DNA of 63,750 bases, filler included, from Choristocarpus tenellus KU-1152 (lineage: Eukaryota > Protista > Phaeophyceae), in NCBI GenBank assembly GCA_964200185.2. It is 11 parts of 11 records of this genome, joined end to end, with 100 filler letters (N's around TTAATTAATTAA, not from the genome) between each part and the next. Parts side by side here need not be neighbours in the genome. Positions count along the whole stretch, not along the records: positions 1 to 2,950 come from CAXNAD020023431.1; positions 3,051 to 5,765 come from CAXNAD020025370.1; positions 5,866 to 12,040 come from CAXNAD020008758.1; 8 more parts are not named here. One strand, given 5' to 3'. The notes under the pieces are model-generated. The model was not told the DNA's origin, searched no databases, and was given only the letters and a program-made list of their open reading frames with translations. Below are positions 1-11,949 of the stretch, piece by piece. The translations under genes were made by a program, and so were the position numbers. Positions within the stretch are counted from its first letter, which is position 1. Each line of letters opens with the position of its first letter.

Positions 1-56
1 ATGAAAAAATTGACCCCAAATGGACAGCCGCCACCCCCTCCCAGATACTTTGAGCC
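1..56. mobile_element. MITE family A, terminal fragment (truncated by contig start)
   Basis: Ends in CCCCCTCCCAGATACTTTGAGCC. Near-identical reverse complement of 15795-15850 and homologous to the right end of the complete copy at 53901-54072. Confidence 0.8.
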
Positions 57-111
57 AAGCCCCAAATGGACAAACAGGGCAAAACTCGTACCCTCTAAGA
101 TACTCTCGCTC
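57..111 (-). mobile_element. MITE family C/B terminal 55 bp, interrupted by a family A copy
   Basis: Reverse complement GAGCGAGAGTATCTTAGAGGGTACGAGTTTTGCCCTGTTTGTCCATTTGGGGCTT matches the left end of 14132-14389 and the reverse complement of 60922-60972. Confidence 0.75.
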
Positions 112-291
112 TTCCGATATGTATCGGAACCAAACGATGTTCCTTCCAGTTTCTGTTTCCGATCCCAACCCTAGCACCCGTCCAAACCCTAACCCTGTGC
201 CCTATCCCTGGCACCGTCTCTCACCCTGACACAATAACGAAATTATGCCCAGTCATGTATCGCACTTCCTTCATCTGCTCACCTCATGTGG

Positions 292-560
292 TTTTTGCCA
301 TACTTTGTCGAACAGTAAAGTATGGCAAAAATTGCAGCTGTCCTCATACCAACTTATTTGAAGCCACATGCATCATGTCATTTTTTCCATACTTTGTCAT
401 ATGACAAAGTGTGGCGAAAGTTGCAGCGGTCCATGTACCAACATGTTTCAGGCCACACGCCTCAAGTCATTTTCGCCATACTTTACTTTACGACAAAGTA
501 TGGCAAAAGTTGCGGCTGTCCACATACTAACCTCTTTGAAGTTGCACGCCTCAAAGCCAT
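292..560. repeat. Three tandem 89-bp units, each containing a ~40-bp hairpin
   Basis: CCATACTTT recurs at 298, 387 and 476. Each unit carries TTTTGCCATACTTT-loop-AAAGTATGGCAAAA. Confidence 0.85.
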
Positions 561-663
561 CCTTCTCGACTTACCACAAAACTCAATCGTGAACTCATAT
601 CCCCCACAGAGAAAGGGGCGCATACGACGGCATGCACGTGTGTTGATATGTACTGACCGATGA

Positions 664-1430
664 TGAAGCTTTCAGTATCCCTTACACCACAAAACCCATC
701 CTACACATTACTTTACTGTTCAACAGGACACATAAATTGTAGTACATACATGCGCCAATAGTGTCAGGGGCGACACCCACCATGCACTTGTGAACTGTTC
801 CCCCCCAAAAATCCAGATGAAAACACACACTCTACCGTGCGACAAACTACCCCTATTCACTTCGTCCTATGACTTCATGGTACGTTTTCGTAATCTTTTA
901 GATGTGGTTCACGATTTACCGCATATGCAATGCATGCCTTTTCAGGATATTCTAATCGGGGCGGTTTCGTTCCTCGATGTATCAAACACATCCTTCTCCA
1001 TGCTTTCAAAGTGGGGTGTCATCCAACACAACCGTACTCCGTGGAACACTTTGTCACCATGAAACTCTCAGTATCCCTTACACCACAAACCCATCCTACA
1101 CATTACTTTACCGTTCGATGGAACACGTCAATTGTAGTACATACATGTGCCAATAGTGTCAGGGGCGACACCCACCATGTACTTGTGAACTGTTTCCCAA
1201 AAATGATCCAGATGAAAACACACACTCTACCGTGTGACAAACTACCCCCATTCACTTCGTCCTACGTGCTTCATGGTACGTTTTCGTAATCTTTTAGATG
1301 TGGCTCGTGATTTACCACATACACGATGCACACCTTTTCAGGATAATCTAATCGGGGCGGTTTAGGTTCTCCATGTATCAAACACAATGGGGTGTCAGTC
1401 AACACGGCCGTACTCTGTGGAACATGTCGT
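664..1430. repeat. Tandem duplication, 396-bp period
   Basis: CAGTATCCCTTACACCACAAA at 673 and 1069, with colinear similarity across the unit (e.g. MKTHTLPCDKLP appears in both ORF translations). Confidence 0.9.
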
Positions 1431-1509
1431 GATCAAACATTGTGCAGCCCCTTCCACCGAACAAAGATGCAATATTATCTATGTTCGCATCATGAATATA
1501 CATCGCTAA

Positions 1510-2950
1510 TGTCAAAGGGAAACAAACCCACCCAACTCATATCGTAACCTCGTTTGGATCCCACTCAGGAAACGGAGACTCAAGAGACTGCCCACGACCA
1601 GTGCCGCTCGTTCGTGGAAGAAATCCAAAACGGACCAGATCATGGACCTCTTCCTCTCCATGTTTGTCAACCATGATGGTCCAGAAGAGATGAAGAAAGC
1701 GGCTGCACTTGGCACGAACTTGCCTCTTGGCTGTTAGATGAGAGAAGCAGATTTGCACTGTTGGCGAGCGCGCTGCGAGTTGTGCTGGCTCGGGAACAAC
1801 GTGAGTCCACACCTGATCTCCAGGTCAAGACATTCCTAAATGTGTAAAGAAAGATCTTAGCACTGAGCACACCCGCCAGGTATACAAATCCATCCTCGTC
1901 GGCATCGCTCCTGATGTTGAAATAGGCGATGGCGGCGTGACATCAACGTTTCAACCCCTTCTGTCCGTCACAGCAAGAAAATACGACATCAACGTCGACA
2001 CACTAAGGTCATCCGCCAAAAAACGCACGGAATTCATGCAAGACATGCGGCGACAGGCGAGCCCCTCCACATCGGCTACCGATGTCAATGGAGGATCGTC
2101 TCCTGTATCCGACACCCACACCCCTCGCTACTCTCCTCAAGACACCACCCACAGGTATGGAAGTTCGTTCTCATCAACCATCAACGGTGTAACACACATA
2201 ACTTGGCCCCCGGGCGAACACGTCCACTGTATGTCGAAAACATTTTTTTCACTAACAGATGCCCGGATGGATCCCTCATAACCTGGTGCACAACCAACAC
2301 ACGCCCCACATCTCCCATCGTTAACTCAGACAAAACGGCAGACCAAGGGTATTCGACGTGAGAAGGGACAGCTCTTCGCGACAGTTCGATGTGCAGCATC
2401 CCGATACGCATATTCTTGGTATCACCGTATGGGAGGAGAGCAACAGCACCACCATGCCCCACGATCCGGTCACACCTCACGATTCCACCCAGGGCATGCA
2501 CTACTTAGACCTGCATAAAAACAAGAGAGTTTGCTGCCCGGATGCACTGTGCCAACAGCACGCCCAGAGGTCTCTACAGTAGCGAGTGTCATCCTCACAA
2601 ATATTGCGCATATCCACCCTCGACACTTTATGGATTAATCATTGTAACATGTTCATCCTCGACCAACACAACTCTAACATTACGCTACATATACGTGGCG
2701 CAACCGGCAAGACAGCAGGTCACAGATTGGGACAGATGAGGATGTCTACGCCAACTTCAGGGAGAGATTCGAACAGGAGGGGACATCAGAACGAATACCC
2801 TGTCTGTTGACATACGTGAAGTGTGGAGACCGTTCTACATCACAAAGGCCACGCCAAGGTGTGTGCGGAAATAGTCTTTCGGTTTTTAGGACACATGCTA
2901 CAGTGATGATTGGGTAAATCTATATTTTCTAACCGCCACAGGGTACCCAG
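1510..2950 (+). pseudogene. Decayed DNA-transposon coding relic, N-terminal region resembling Sola2-type transposases
   Basis: Frameshifted and stop-interrupted frames give ...ARKYDINVDTLRSSAKKR..., ...TDEDVYANFRERF..., ...VWRPFYITKATP... and ...DTCYSDD.VN. This recalls, from memory, the Y..F...RPF.V...RDTCxCxx(C/H)xN segment upstream of the Sola2 catalytic core. The contig ends before any DDE/DDD motif. Confidence 0.4.
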
Positions 2951-3050
2951 NNNNNNNNNNNNNNNNNNNNNNNNNNNNNNNNNNNNNNNNNNNNTTAATT
3001 AATTAANNNNNNNNNNNNNNNNNNNNNNNNNNNNNNNNNNNNNNNNNNNN
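2951..3050. other. Artificial contig-joining spacer N44-TTAATTAATTAA-N44 (also 5766-5865, 12041-12140, 15865-15964, 25376-25475, 30234-30333, 35268-35367, 42949-43048, 55954-56053, 59291-59390)
   Basis: Identical 100-bp spacer ten times; TTAATTAATTAA supplies stop codons in all six frames. Confidence 0.97.
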
Positions 3051-4181
3051 TCCAAAACACACAATAGCGCTCAGTAGTCCCCACCCCCTCCCACCCAGCG
3101 TAGATGCGTATTATCGGACAAAAGTGCCGTTGTGTAACAAGACAGACACTGCTCATTGCAGGGTCTCCCACTGCAAATTCGCTCAGTGTAGTCCGCTCTC
3201 AACCTATGAGGTGATACACCATGGCTTTTACCACATTTTATGTATAGGATGATCGAAGGCAATATTACTACTTCAAGACTTGCTTCTGGGGACCACAAGG
3301 TCATACCAACGGTTTGGTACAAGCACTTTCAAGAGTCACTTGCTTGAATGAACAAAAGCACACTGCAGAGACGCAACAGATCCAGTCGAATCAAAGGCCA
3401 CCACACCGTGGGCTGAAGACAAGGAACCCAGTCCCCATTGTAGCTAGCATATGCATCTCTTGATTGGTGCAAAAATACGTGACACAAAGAGGGGTACAAT
3501 GATGCAAAAAAGGGCATGTATGTCCCCACGCACGCCAACATTGAAAGGCAAGACCACTGCGTCGAGAATATGCATTCTGTTCTTGTGAAAAAGTAGACTA
3601 TGCTAAAAAACAGTCTGTCCATGGGAGAGCACAAGTCTGTATTTTGAAAAATAGGAGATGACTACGGGATAATGAACTAGAATGCGGAAGTGTTCAGGAG
3701 TGGGAAACAATCATTTAGCAAATAATATACTATCAGTGATTAGTGATCCACAAAATAGGACTGATTATTTGGTGGAAGGGAACCCCCCCCCTCCTTGGGC
3801 TTCAAGGCTCCCTCCTCCTTTCTCCTGCTGCGATGGACAAATCAACATGGACAAATCAACATTTACAATGGACTGACAATACTGTACTTACTTCATCAAC
3901 AACCTGTCCAACCCCAACAGCGAAGTAATCGAATCATTTAAACAGGCAACGTCTTGAGAAACAACAGCTTTCTTTAACACACACCACAAGTACAGGACAG
4001 CAATAATGACACACGTCGCACCTCACACACCCTCACCCCGGTGAGAACCTTCCATTCTTTGGCATTAGGCCACGACCCAATCGTCTTGGTATTGTACCAC
4101 AGAGCCGACCTTCTACACACAGACCAAAATTACACCCTTTTTATTCTCATTGTGTGAAGCCAAGCACCATCTTGTCATTCA

Positions 4182-4182
4182 A

Positions 4183-4226
<44 letters not shown>
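4182..4226. repeat. (AAT)n microsatellite
   Basis: Perfect AAT run. Confidence 0.95.
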
Positions 4227-4228
<2 letters not shown>

Positions 4229-4590
4229 TCAAAACCAATAGCAATAAAAGTGTTTTTTTTAATGAAAAGTGGGGGGGGGGAGGGGGAGGGGGAATGTATT
4301 CAGTCGGCTCAATGTGATACACAGACCACTCAAATTATTTAAACGAAGCTTTTTACACTGCATCTCCCATACCCTCAAATATTAACATGGTTTTCAGGCA
4401 CTTCATACGCACACACCTCGAACAAGTTCAATGTGCTGAAATAAACACCGAGACATGAAATAAACACACGCCTTCCACCCAACCAAAGACCTCGTCTAAG
4501 AGCTCCACCTTGAAACATTCACCCCCAAGAGCCCAATAACGCGGGAATGAAGGGTAAAACATCTAAAATAATAATTAAAAAATAACCCAC

Positions 4591-4674
4591 CTTCTTGCTG
4601 CTCTCAGTAATTAGTCCTTGCATGGTCTCAATAATTTCATCCCAAACAACAGTTAGGTCTTCCACCTCCTCCTC

Positions 4675-4705
<31 letters not shown>

Positions 4706-5069
4706 TCCGTCCACTCCTCACCCCCTTCCTCCTCCCCACCAACTGTCCTCTTCACCTCCCTGCCCTCTTCCAAGCCGCCAGCCACCTCCTCACCACCCTC
4801 CCATTCTGACCCATCCTCCCCGGATGCTCCATCCACAGTGCCTGCACTACTGACCACTCCACCTGACCCTGTCAGACCCATCAACAGCCGACTTTCGTGG
4901 AGCAGCGCAATGTTCTCACCAGCTTCCATTCGAACCTCCATGCTTGAGCTCTGCAACAAGTCCCTGAACACTTTGAGGAACTCGGTGGTCATTTTCGTAG
5001 CCACCCAGGAGCGTGTGATCGTTGTCGCCAAAAGGCCCCAGCCAGACAGTGCCGCAGCACAAAGATCAT
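4591..5069 (-). CDS. IFRD: Internal exon of an interferon-related developmental regulator (IFRD)-family protein
   Basis: ccag acceptor and gtgggt donor. Translation includes CAAALSGWGLLAT, LLQSSSMEVRMEAGENIALLHESR and DEIIETMQGLITESSKK, matching IFRD motifs (AALSAWxLL; VNMRIAAGETIALLFE; LATDSSK), with an acidic Gly/Glu insertion. Confidence 0.75.
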
Positions 5070-5865
5070 CTGGGACAGGCAGGCCTTTTTCGAGGGTCAG
5101 GGGGGAAGGGATAAGTCATGGTATGGAGGCAGTGCGCTCTCTGCTTGTCAAGAAGCAGAATATAGGTAGCAGAATATAGGTAGCAACTCGTTAGGTAGCT
5201 ACACCCAAAAAGAGAAGCAAGGAAAAAGAAAATAGTGTACAGCACATACATGCTTCTCATACATGGGTGCCCCATTTCAATACGGTCAAAAGTTATTGCA
5301 AAGCACACCATGTCTGTCACCCCAAGGATAAAGAAAAACCGCACTTTTGTCCCTCAAAAGTTATTCTTCTAATTGGATTGTAAAAAAAAGAACTCATTAA
5401 AAAGGATCACAGCAGGAACAGGTGCATCTGCAATTGACGGGCAACGAAAACACCGATAGCTCTTAATGCATCACCTTGTCTCCTCACCATAACCACCATA
5501 AGAACATCGACTCGCACACACACCTGACCCTAAAACACCCTTAGCCCCCGAGGTCAGAATAATGTTAATAAGCTGACCTCTGGTAATCCACCCAAACATC
5601 AAAATCCAGAACATTGACATCTTCCATGAGAACCATTGTACCCCCACAAAGCAAAAGTGTTTACATGGCCTCATCCACCAATAAAATTCCCCTCTCCCAC
5701 CCCCCACCAAACCCCTCCCCCAACCCCAACCCCTACACACAGAGTGATCTCCACCCCCCCCACCCNNNNNNNNNNNNNNNNNNNNNNNNNNNNNNNNNNN
5801 NNNNNNNNNTTAATTAATTAANNNNNNNNNNNNNNNNNNNNNNNNNNNNNNNNNNNNNNNNNNNN

Positions 5866-5921
5866 TGGCCCAAATGAACACCCTGGTGTAGACCCCCCAC
5901 CCCCCCCAGATACTTTGGGTC
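5866..5921 (-). mobile_element. MITE family A terminal fragment at contig start
   Basis: CCAAATGAACACCCTGGTGTAGACCCCCC...CAGATACTTTGGGTC is the reverse complement of the left end of 53901-54072. Confidence 0.8.
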
Positions 5922-6729
5922 AAAATGCTTTGTGTCTTGAAAAAATGAACAACAAAGCATTTTTTCCGGTGTATTAATCATTTCAAGATTAGTGCCCAAG
6001 AAACGTCTTTCAATCATGGTTAGGTGTGCAACATCAGATCCACCCCACCACATATCTCATGAGTTCACAGTACTCTGCACCATGCTATCAGCATCCTCCT
6101 CTTTGAATACAGGTGTTGAAATTCCATTTTGTGCCCTTCCTTGAGTTGGGTGGCAAAACCTCAAACAGGCAACTAGATGCAGGGACTAAACATTTTGGAG
6201 GTTCCTACTGTAGCTTTTCTCAGTGGATACAGTCTTTTCACAGCAGTGACCCCTGTAGCATCTACATTCTCCCACACACCATCGCATTTTCCCGAGGAAA
6301 TATTGGAAGTGGTGGAATGTACACACTTTGGTTCCCATAGAGATTACCTTGCTGAACAGGAACTACTATAGGTTTGACTGACACACGCAGTGAGCCCTGC
6401 CCTCAAGAGGGACCAAGGAGGACCAAAACAGAAAATGCTCAGTCGAAAGGATACTGCACATAATTTGTGTAAGAAAAAAAAAGCGGTTCAAGCTTGTCCC
6501 TCCCTTTCAAGTCTGTGCAAGACAACCACAGTTTGTGTCAAGTCTATCTCAAGAAGGCTCAACAATCGCTGAATTAAAGTTTCCTATATCCGGAAGGGTA
6601 TTTTTCCTCCACCCACAGTATTTATAGTCTCCTCCCCATACCCCTCACTATATGCCCCCTGTGTACTCCAATTATCAAGATACTTGATTCCCATCATCTT
6701 ACACTCAACGATTATTCCCTTTGCCACAG

Positions 6730-9700
6730 GGTTACTTGAAGTTAGTGGATATGGGCCTTGCCAAGGTGATTCCATCGGGGATGACATGGACTGTGTGTGG
6801 CACCCCTGATTACATTGCCCCAGAGATTATCCTCAATGAGGGACACGACCATGCTGTTGACTACTGGGCTATGGTGAGTCCCTCCTCCATCACTACCTAG
6901 TTGGTCCCTTTGAGAACTCTACAAAATTTTCATTCATTTGCAACTGCCTTTGCATCACAAGATTGAGCACTACAGTATAATATTTTTTTGTTTTTTAGGA
7001 CGAACTCTTCTTACGCCTCTTTAATATCATATGGAGGAGTGAGATGTTGTCACTCAGGAGCAAACATTCTTCTCCAGAGTAGTTGGATGACTGACTCCTC
7101 GAAACAGTGTTCAGAAAACCAAGATCTACACTACAGCCGTTATCTTCCAAAGCTACCAAGCACAATAACATACCTATATATCCATGCATATTTCAAGGTA
7201 TTTACCAAGCACTATAAATATGTACTAAAACGTATACTGGAGCAATCTAGAGCATTATTTTCAAGCTGTATACTGCAGTGGGGACTGCAATTTCGAGATA
7301 CGATTTTAATCCCAGTCCCAGGTCCATTCCTAACATCTACCTGAGTCCGAGGCTTGACTGTACCCTATACCCAGGGTCACATAACACCAATGTTGACAAA
7401 TGAGATGATGTTGTGGTATCATATAAACTATATATTTGTGGAGTATGAAGACCAGTGTTGTCAGTGGTGTATACGGTGTGAGTACTGGTGATTTGCAGTA
7501 TTGACCACATTTTTTTAGGGTTAGACCTTTTTCTTGTAAGGCAATGTCTGTACTTCGTTTCCAATGTCAGGGCTTTTTGTGATATGTTGAGGTTGTAATA
7601 TTGGTAAATATGGTTGAGGAAAGGTAGATGAGAGGTACCCAAGTTTTGATTGTTTTGCAGTTTAGGCCAGTTTTCTATCTATTGCAATTCACCATGTTTC
7701 TATCGATGAGAGCTAAGTTTGACATGAGAGCATTGATTTCTCTCTTGTTTGAGACGTTTTGAGAGAATTTATAATATTTCCTACACACACTTTAAAAAAA
7801 GGTGAACTTTGCACACACTTGTATTCAAGACTTTTTCCTACTCCAAAATGTTTAGGAGTAGGTAAAATCTATACATTATGAGAAGTTGTGTCCAGAACAT
7901 GGACATTGACACTTCCTAAGAAACACGATAGCCAAAATTACATCAAAACCGTAACATTGGATTTTGGTCCCCAATTGGACGTGGCTCTACCCTCTAAGAT
8001 ACTTTGACTCAGAGCATAAAGCGTCAAATTTATCTCAGCATGCTTGCGCATTCATTTTCTCTGCAGAACTACAAAGGCAACACTGCCCCATGTTGCTTTA
8101 CCGTTGTACTTTGGAATGTGCTGTCCTAAAACTTATTTTAGAGCTAGTCTCCTACATACTCTTGTGTTCTAAGTTGTATTCCAGGCAGGAGAGTACAATC
8201 TACAAGGGTGAAGCAAATGGTGCAACTGCACCCTACTTCCAAGAAAAATAATAATAATCATGTCATGGGTTGTACTGGAGTATTGGACCCTGACTCTTAA
8301 TTGTGATCTCTGCTCACGGTGGCAAGGAATACAGATACTTATATATCATAATAAATGTTTCAAAAATGAAACCATAGGACTGCTTCCGTCATAAGTATAG
8401 CTAATGGGAGGTATTCGGGTATTGCAAGACCATGAGGACTCCCCATGGCATTCCCAAACGAACGCAGTGTTCCACAGCAGTCCCGAGGAGTGAAAATGCC
8501 CACTCAGTCCCCAAGATGGTGCTCCCTTCTCTGGTGTTAATCAGTTGTATTTTATACCTCTAGAGTAACCCAAGACCATGAGCAGCCTACCTATAGCTCT
8601 ATCCCGTGCACTGAATACTTTCCACATTACAACAAAAGCACACACTAAGATTTAACACCTACTCAAACCTTGATATCACAGTATTCCTAGTCCCGTTCCA
8701 CAATATCAACAACATCCTAAAGCAGTATCAGTCAAATCTTTGACTGATGTTGTATCACATCAATTCCATGAAGTTTCTCACAACAAAGGAGTGGAAATGG
8801 AATGGACTTTTTGCAACAAAGTCCTGAATATCCCCCTCAGCCAAATGTCAAACGAAGAACCACATTTATCAGACATCTACCCAAACTCTTGCCTACAAAC
8901 CCCAAACACCCATGTCCCACACTCCACACGATAGGTGCTGGAGTACGAACACTCCTCCCCTTTCTACATCCCTGATACTTTGTTAGTGTTGAAAAAACTA
9001 CTAGTACCTCAATATTTTCCAAGTATTCAACTTTGTATTGGATAGCAAGTCATAGCCACACCCACCAGAAGTAACAAATATTTTTCCCCAACTGCTCAGG
9101 GAATCTTGACTTACGAATTACTTGCTGGGGTACCCCCATTCTTCGACAATAACCCCATGGCAACGTACGAGAAAATCCTGGCCAACAGGGTGTATCCGCC
9201 AGAGTTCTTTTCCAAGGTACGTAAGGAGTGATGCTAGGAGTGAAGTACATGGCCCATGGTACTAGTAGCACTGTTTATTCCCATATATTGAGTCAATAGG
9301 ATCTATTCAGTCGGATTTCCGTGAAGGGCAGGGCAAGGCAGGGTGGGCAGAGGATTGGGGTTGACTCAAGGGACCAGTCTGTACGGATGCATGCTTAGTC
9401 AGAGCACTCCAGTTTGTACAAAACAATGGAATATGAAATATACACACTGCCTTGACAATGACTGGGGTGTGGTCAGTTGTGATATGATGAATTCGAGGAG
9501 TTGAGTGTGTGTGAGAAAGCACCAGGGGTGCTAGGTTGTCCACACCTAATGGCTTTCGAACAAGTGATCCTCATCTTGTCAAACTCATTCGAGAATATGG
9601 TGCCGGTTATGCTGGGTTGTAAACAAAGTCTTCTGTTCAATGTTGGAAAGGGTCTTGTAAGAGGGGGGGGGAAGATGTAGTGGGAACTTGTGAAAACCTC

Positions 9701-11763
9701 TGAGGAGGGTACCATCTTTGTACAGAGTAGGCCTGAACTCGAAGGGGATGCTTCCATTACAGTAGGGGGCCTCCATGGAATGCGCTCAGCATTACTCCTA
9801 GTAGCCTCCAGTCATTCAGCGCTGACTGTTTCAACTACCCCAAGGAACCTGGCAAAGTAAATGATGGAAGCAAAAGGCTAGTGTCAGTGAACTGTGCAGA
9901 ATATGACCTAACAATAGTACGGTTATCATGGTTAAACAAACAATAATGTAACCAAGAGTAAAATTTAGAGCAGAGGTGAAAAACGCATTGTATTTGAACT
10001 GTTCTAAGCAGGGGTGTGTTCAAAGAAGCAATGGAACAAATTGATGGTCGCAACTAGTTGCAAGATCACCGAGGGGTTAGTATCACCATTTTTAACACAA
10101 TACTGAAAAGGCAGCACCATTTGGGTGTGTAGAAACCACCTAACAAAATAGTTTGGAGTATATTTGAAAAGTGTGCACATGACATGCCTATTCTTGGAGT
10201 CGAGCCAAGAGACCAACATAAATAATATGATTAATAGGGCGGGCAGCATGATGAAACAAGTAACAATTACACCAATAAAGTATTCACGTAAACTGTCACA
10301 TTTGACCAACAGGATATGTTTGCCCTGCCACCCTCGCTACTTCCTCATATATTTCGTAATCGTCACTCATATTGCTATTGCTATTGCATTCATTATAGTT
10401 CTGCTGAGGAATGTAGTGATCGAGGGATATATTTACAACATGACAATTTCCAAGTTGCAGTGAAGCACCGGTCTGGAGGTTAGGATTAGGAAAGGTCAAC
10501 TTTGAAATATTCTTACGGCACTAGCATGACTGAGTTTGGGAATTGATTAGTGGTCCTAGAGTAGCACGGATTATTAATATAGACACAGGGAAAGGCCGAA
10601 AAAACAAATAGCCGACGTATAGGGCAAGTTGGTCCAGTTGCATTACTATTTCCTGGCTTACGTATATTATCTACCTGTCCTTCACAATAGCTAAGAGACG
10701 CTTTAACCCATCAAATTGTGGGTGCTAATGGAATGAATATACAAGATAGCATAGCAAAAGTCACCAAAAAGGTCAAAGGAAGGGATCCCAATCATCAAAA
10801 TCTTATCAAAATATATTTTCGTGCATGCAAGAGACAACAGCTTTTGAAGTATTACCTGCCCCCCTCGCTGGATGAATCCAACATCCACTGCCCCAACTCC
10901 CCCCCCACGATTGCATGCCCCTGTGGATGGGGTTCTATGCCCGAACGTCTGCTACATCTTGCACAGTCAGTCAAGGATATAATCCGGAAGCTACTCAAGA
11001 TCAACAAAAGCAAGAGATTTGGGAATACACATGGGGGAGAGGCAGCGATAATGAATCACAAGTGGTATGGGGGCTTCGATTGGGACGGGCTCATCAAGAA
11101 GAAGCTGCCACCCCCCATCATTCCAGAGGTGAAGAAGTTTAACAAACTCAAAAGAATGTATCACAAATTGTAGTCCAGTTGAGGAACTCTTGACGGCAAC
11201 CCTAGCCAAAGATACTGCAATAGGAGCAGCAAAACACCCAAGATAACTTGAGCGGCATTGTTTACAAGTCGATGTTTTGCAGACTTTACACCCTTACCTT
11301 CACTTATGCATCAAAGCGTTTGAAACGCCATACATTTACCAATTCCTTGTCTCATTATCGTCACCCAAACTTGACAGTACACAAAATAGTACTAACCCTA
11401 ACCATATGGAAACTTGGCTCCGAAAAAGATGAATACATTACCCAAGAATTGAAGCTGATGCTCACAAGGTTGCAGATACAATTGTACATTGAAGGTGCAG
11501 TGGATGGAATTCAAACATATAACAACCTGAACCTACGCCCGCCCTTCCTCCCTCCCCCTCACACCAGATGAATGACCTCAGTGCTCAAGATAGTCAAGCA
11601 CATATGATCCAATAGATTTCTTCCTTTACATCACTACGTCCCTCCCTCCACCCTTTGCCCACTCCCATGTTTTCCTTGCCATCCCCCAATGCAAAAGCTG
11701 AAGACCCCTGAGGACATCTCACACTTCAACCCTGACCTTGCTCATATCAAGGATGAAGATGCG
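6730..11763 (+). CDS. Cyclic-nucleotide-dependent (PKA/PKG-like AGC) protein kinase, C-terminal catalytic exons (partial gene)
   Basis: Four GT-AG, phase-0 exons: 6730-6873 ([12 protein letters not shown]...[30 protein letters not shown]), 9100-9216 ([27 protein letters not shown]...), 10967-11128 ([10 protein letters not shown]...KRFGN...[12 protein letters not shown]...PPPIIPE) and 11698-11763 ([12 protein letters not shown]...). These cover kinase subdomains VII-XI plus the AGC tail. Confidence 0.92.
7630..7790. repeat. Dispersed repeat, homologous to 27205-27380
   Basis: AGAGGTACCCA...TTTTGCA.TTTAG.GCCAGTTTT...CTAAG.TTGAC..GAGAG..TTGATT present at both sites. Confidence 0.6.
7831..8010 (+). 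mobile_element. MITE family C, right part with TIR (in kinase intron)
   Basis: Colinear with 14210-14389 and 25554-25741; ends ACCCTCTAAGATACTTTGACTC. Left TIR not found. Confidence 0.75.
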
Positions 11764-11949
11764 GTACGTCTCCCTGCCACCTACAAGAAAATTCCACTAT
11801 ATAGCATCCCTTATATCATTGATTGCCCTAGAAATATCCCATGTTCCTGTCAACGTTGTTGCCAATCCTTGCCGTGAACATCCAACCCTCCCTTGATCGA
11901 TGTCAATGTTGGGGTCAAGGGTGTGAGGGATGTGAAGGGCCATCCTACT

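Noticed and set aside
292-560. CRISPR-like hairpin repeats with intervening sequence
   Set aside because: The intervening segments are homologous to each other, so this is a tandem repeat; eukaryotic context and no cas genes.
2951-3050. Recurrent TTAATTAATTAA palindrome between N runs
   Set aside because: Artificial concatenation linker with six-frame stops; not biological.
4595-5179. 194-aa Ser/Pro-rich + strand ORF
   Set aside because: Antisense shadow of the IFRD exon.
5471-5580. Candidate upstream IFRD exon
   Set aside because: A donor-like site is present, but no frame resembles IFRD.
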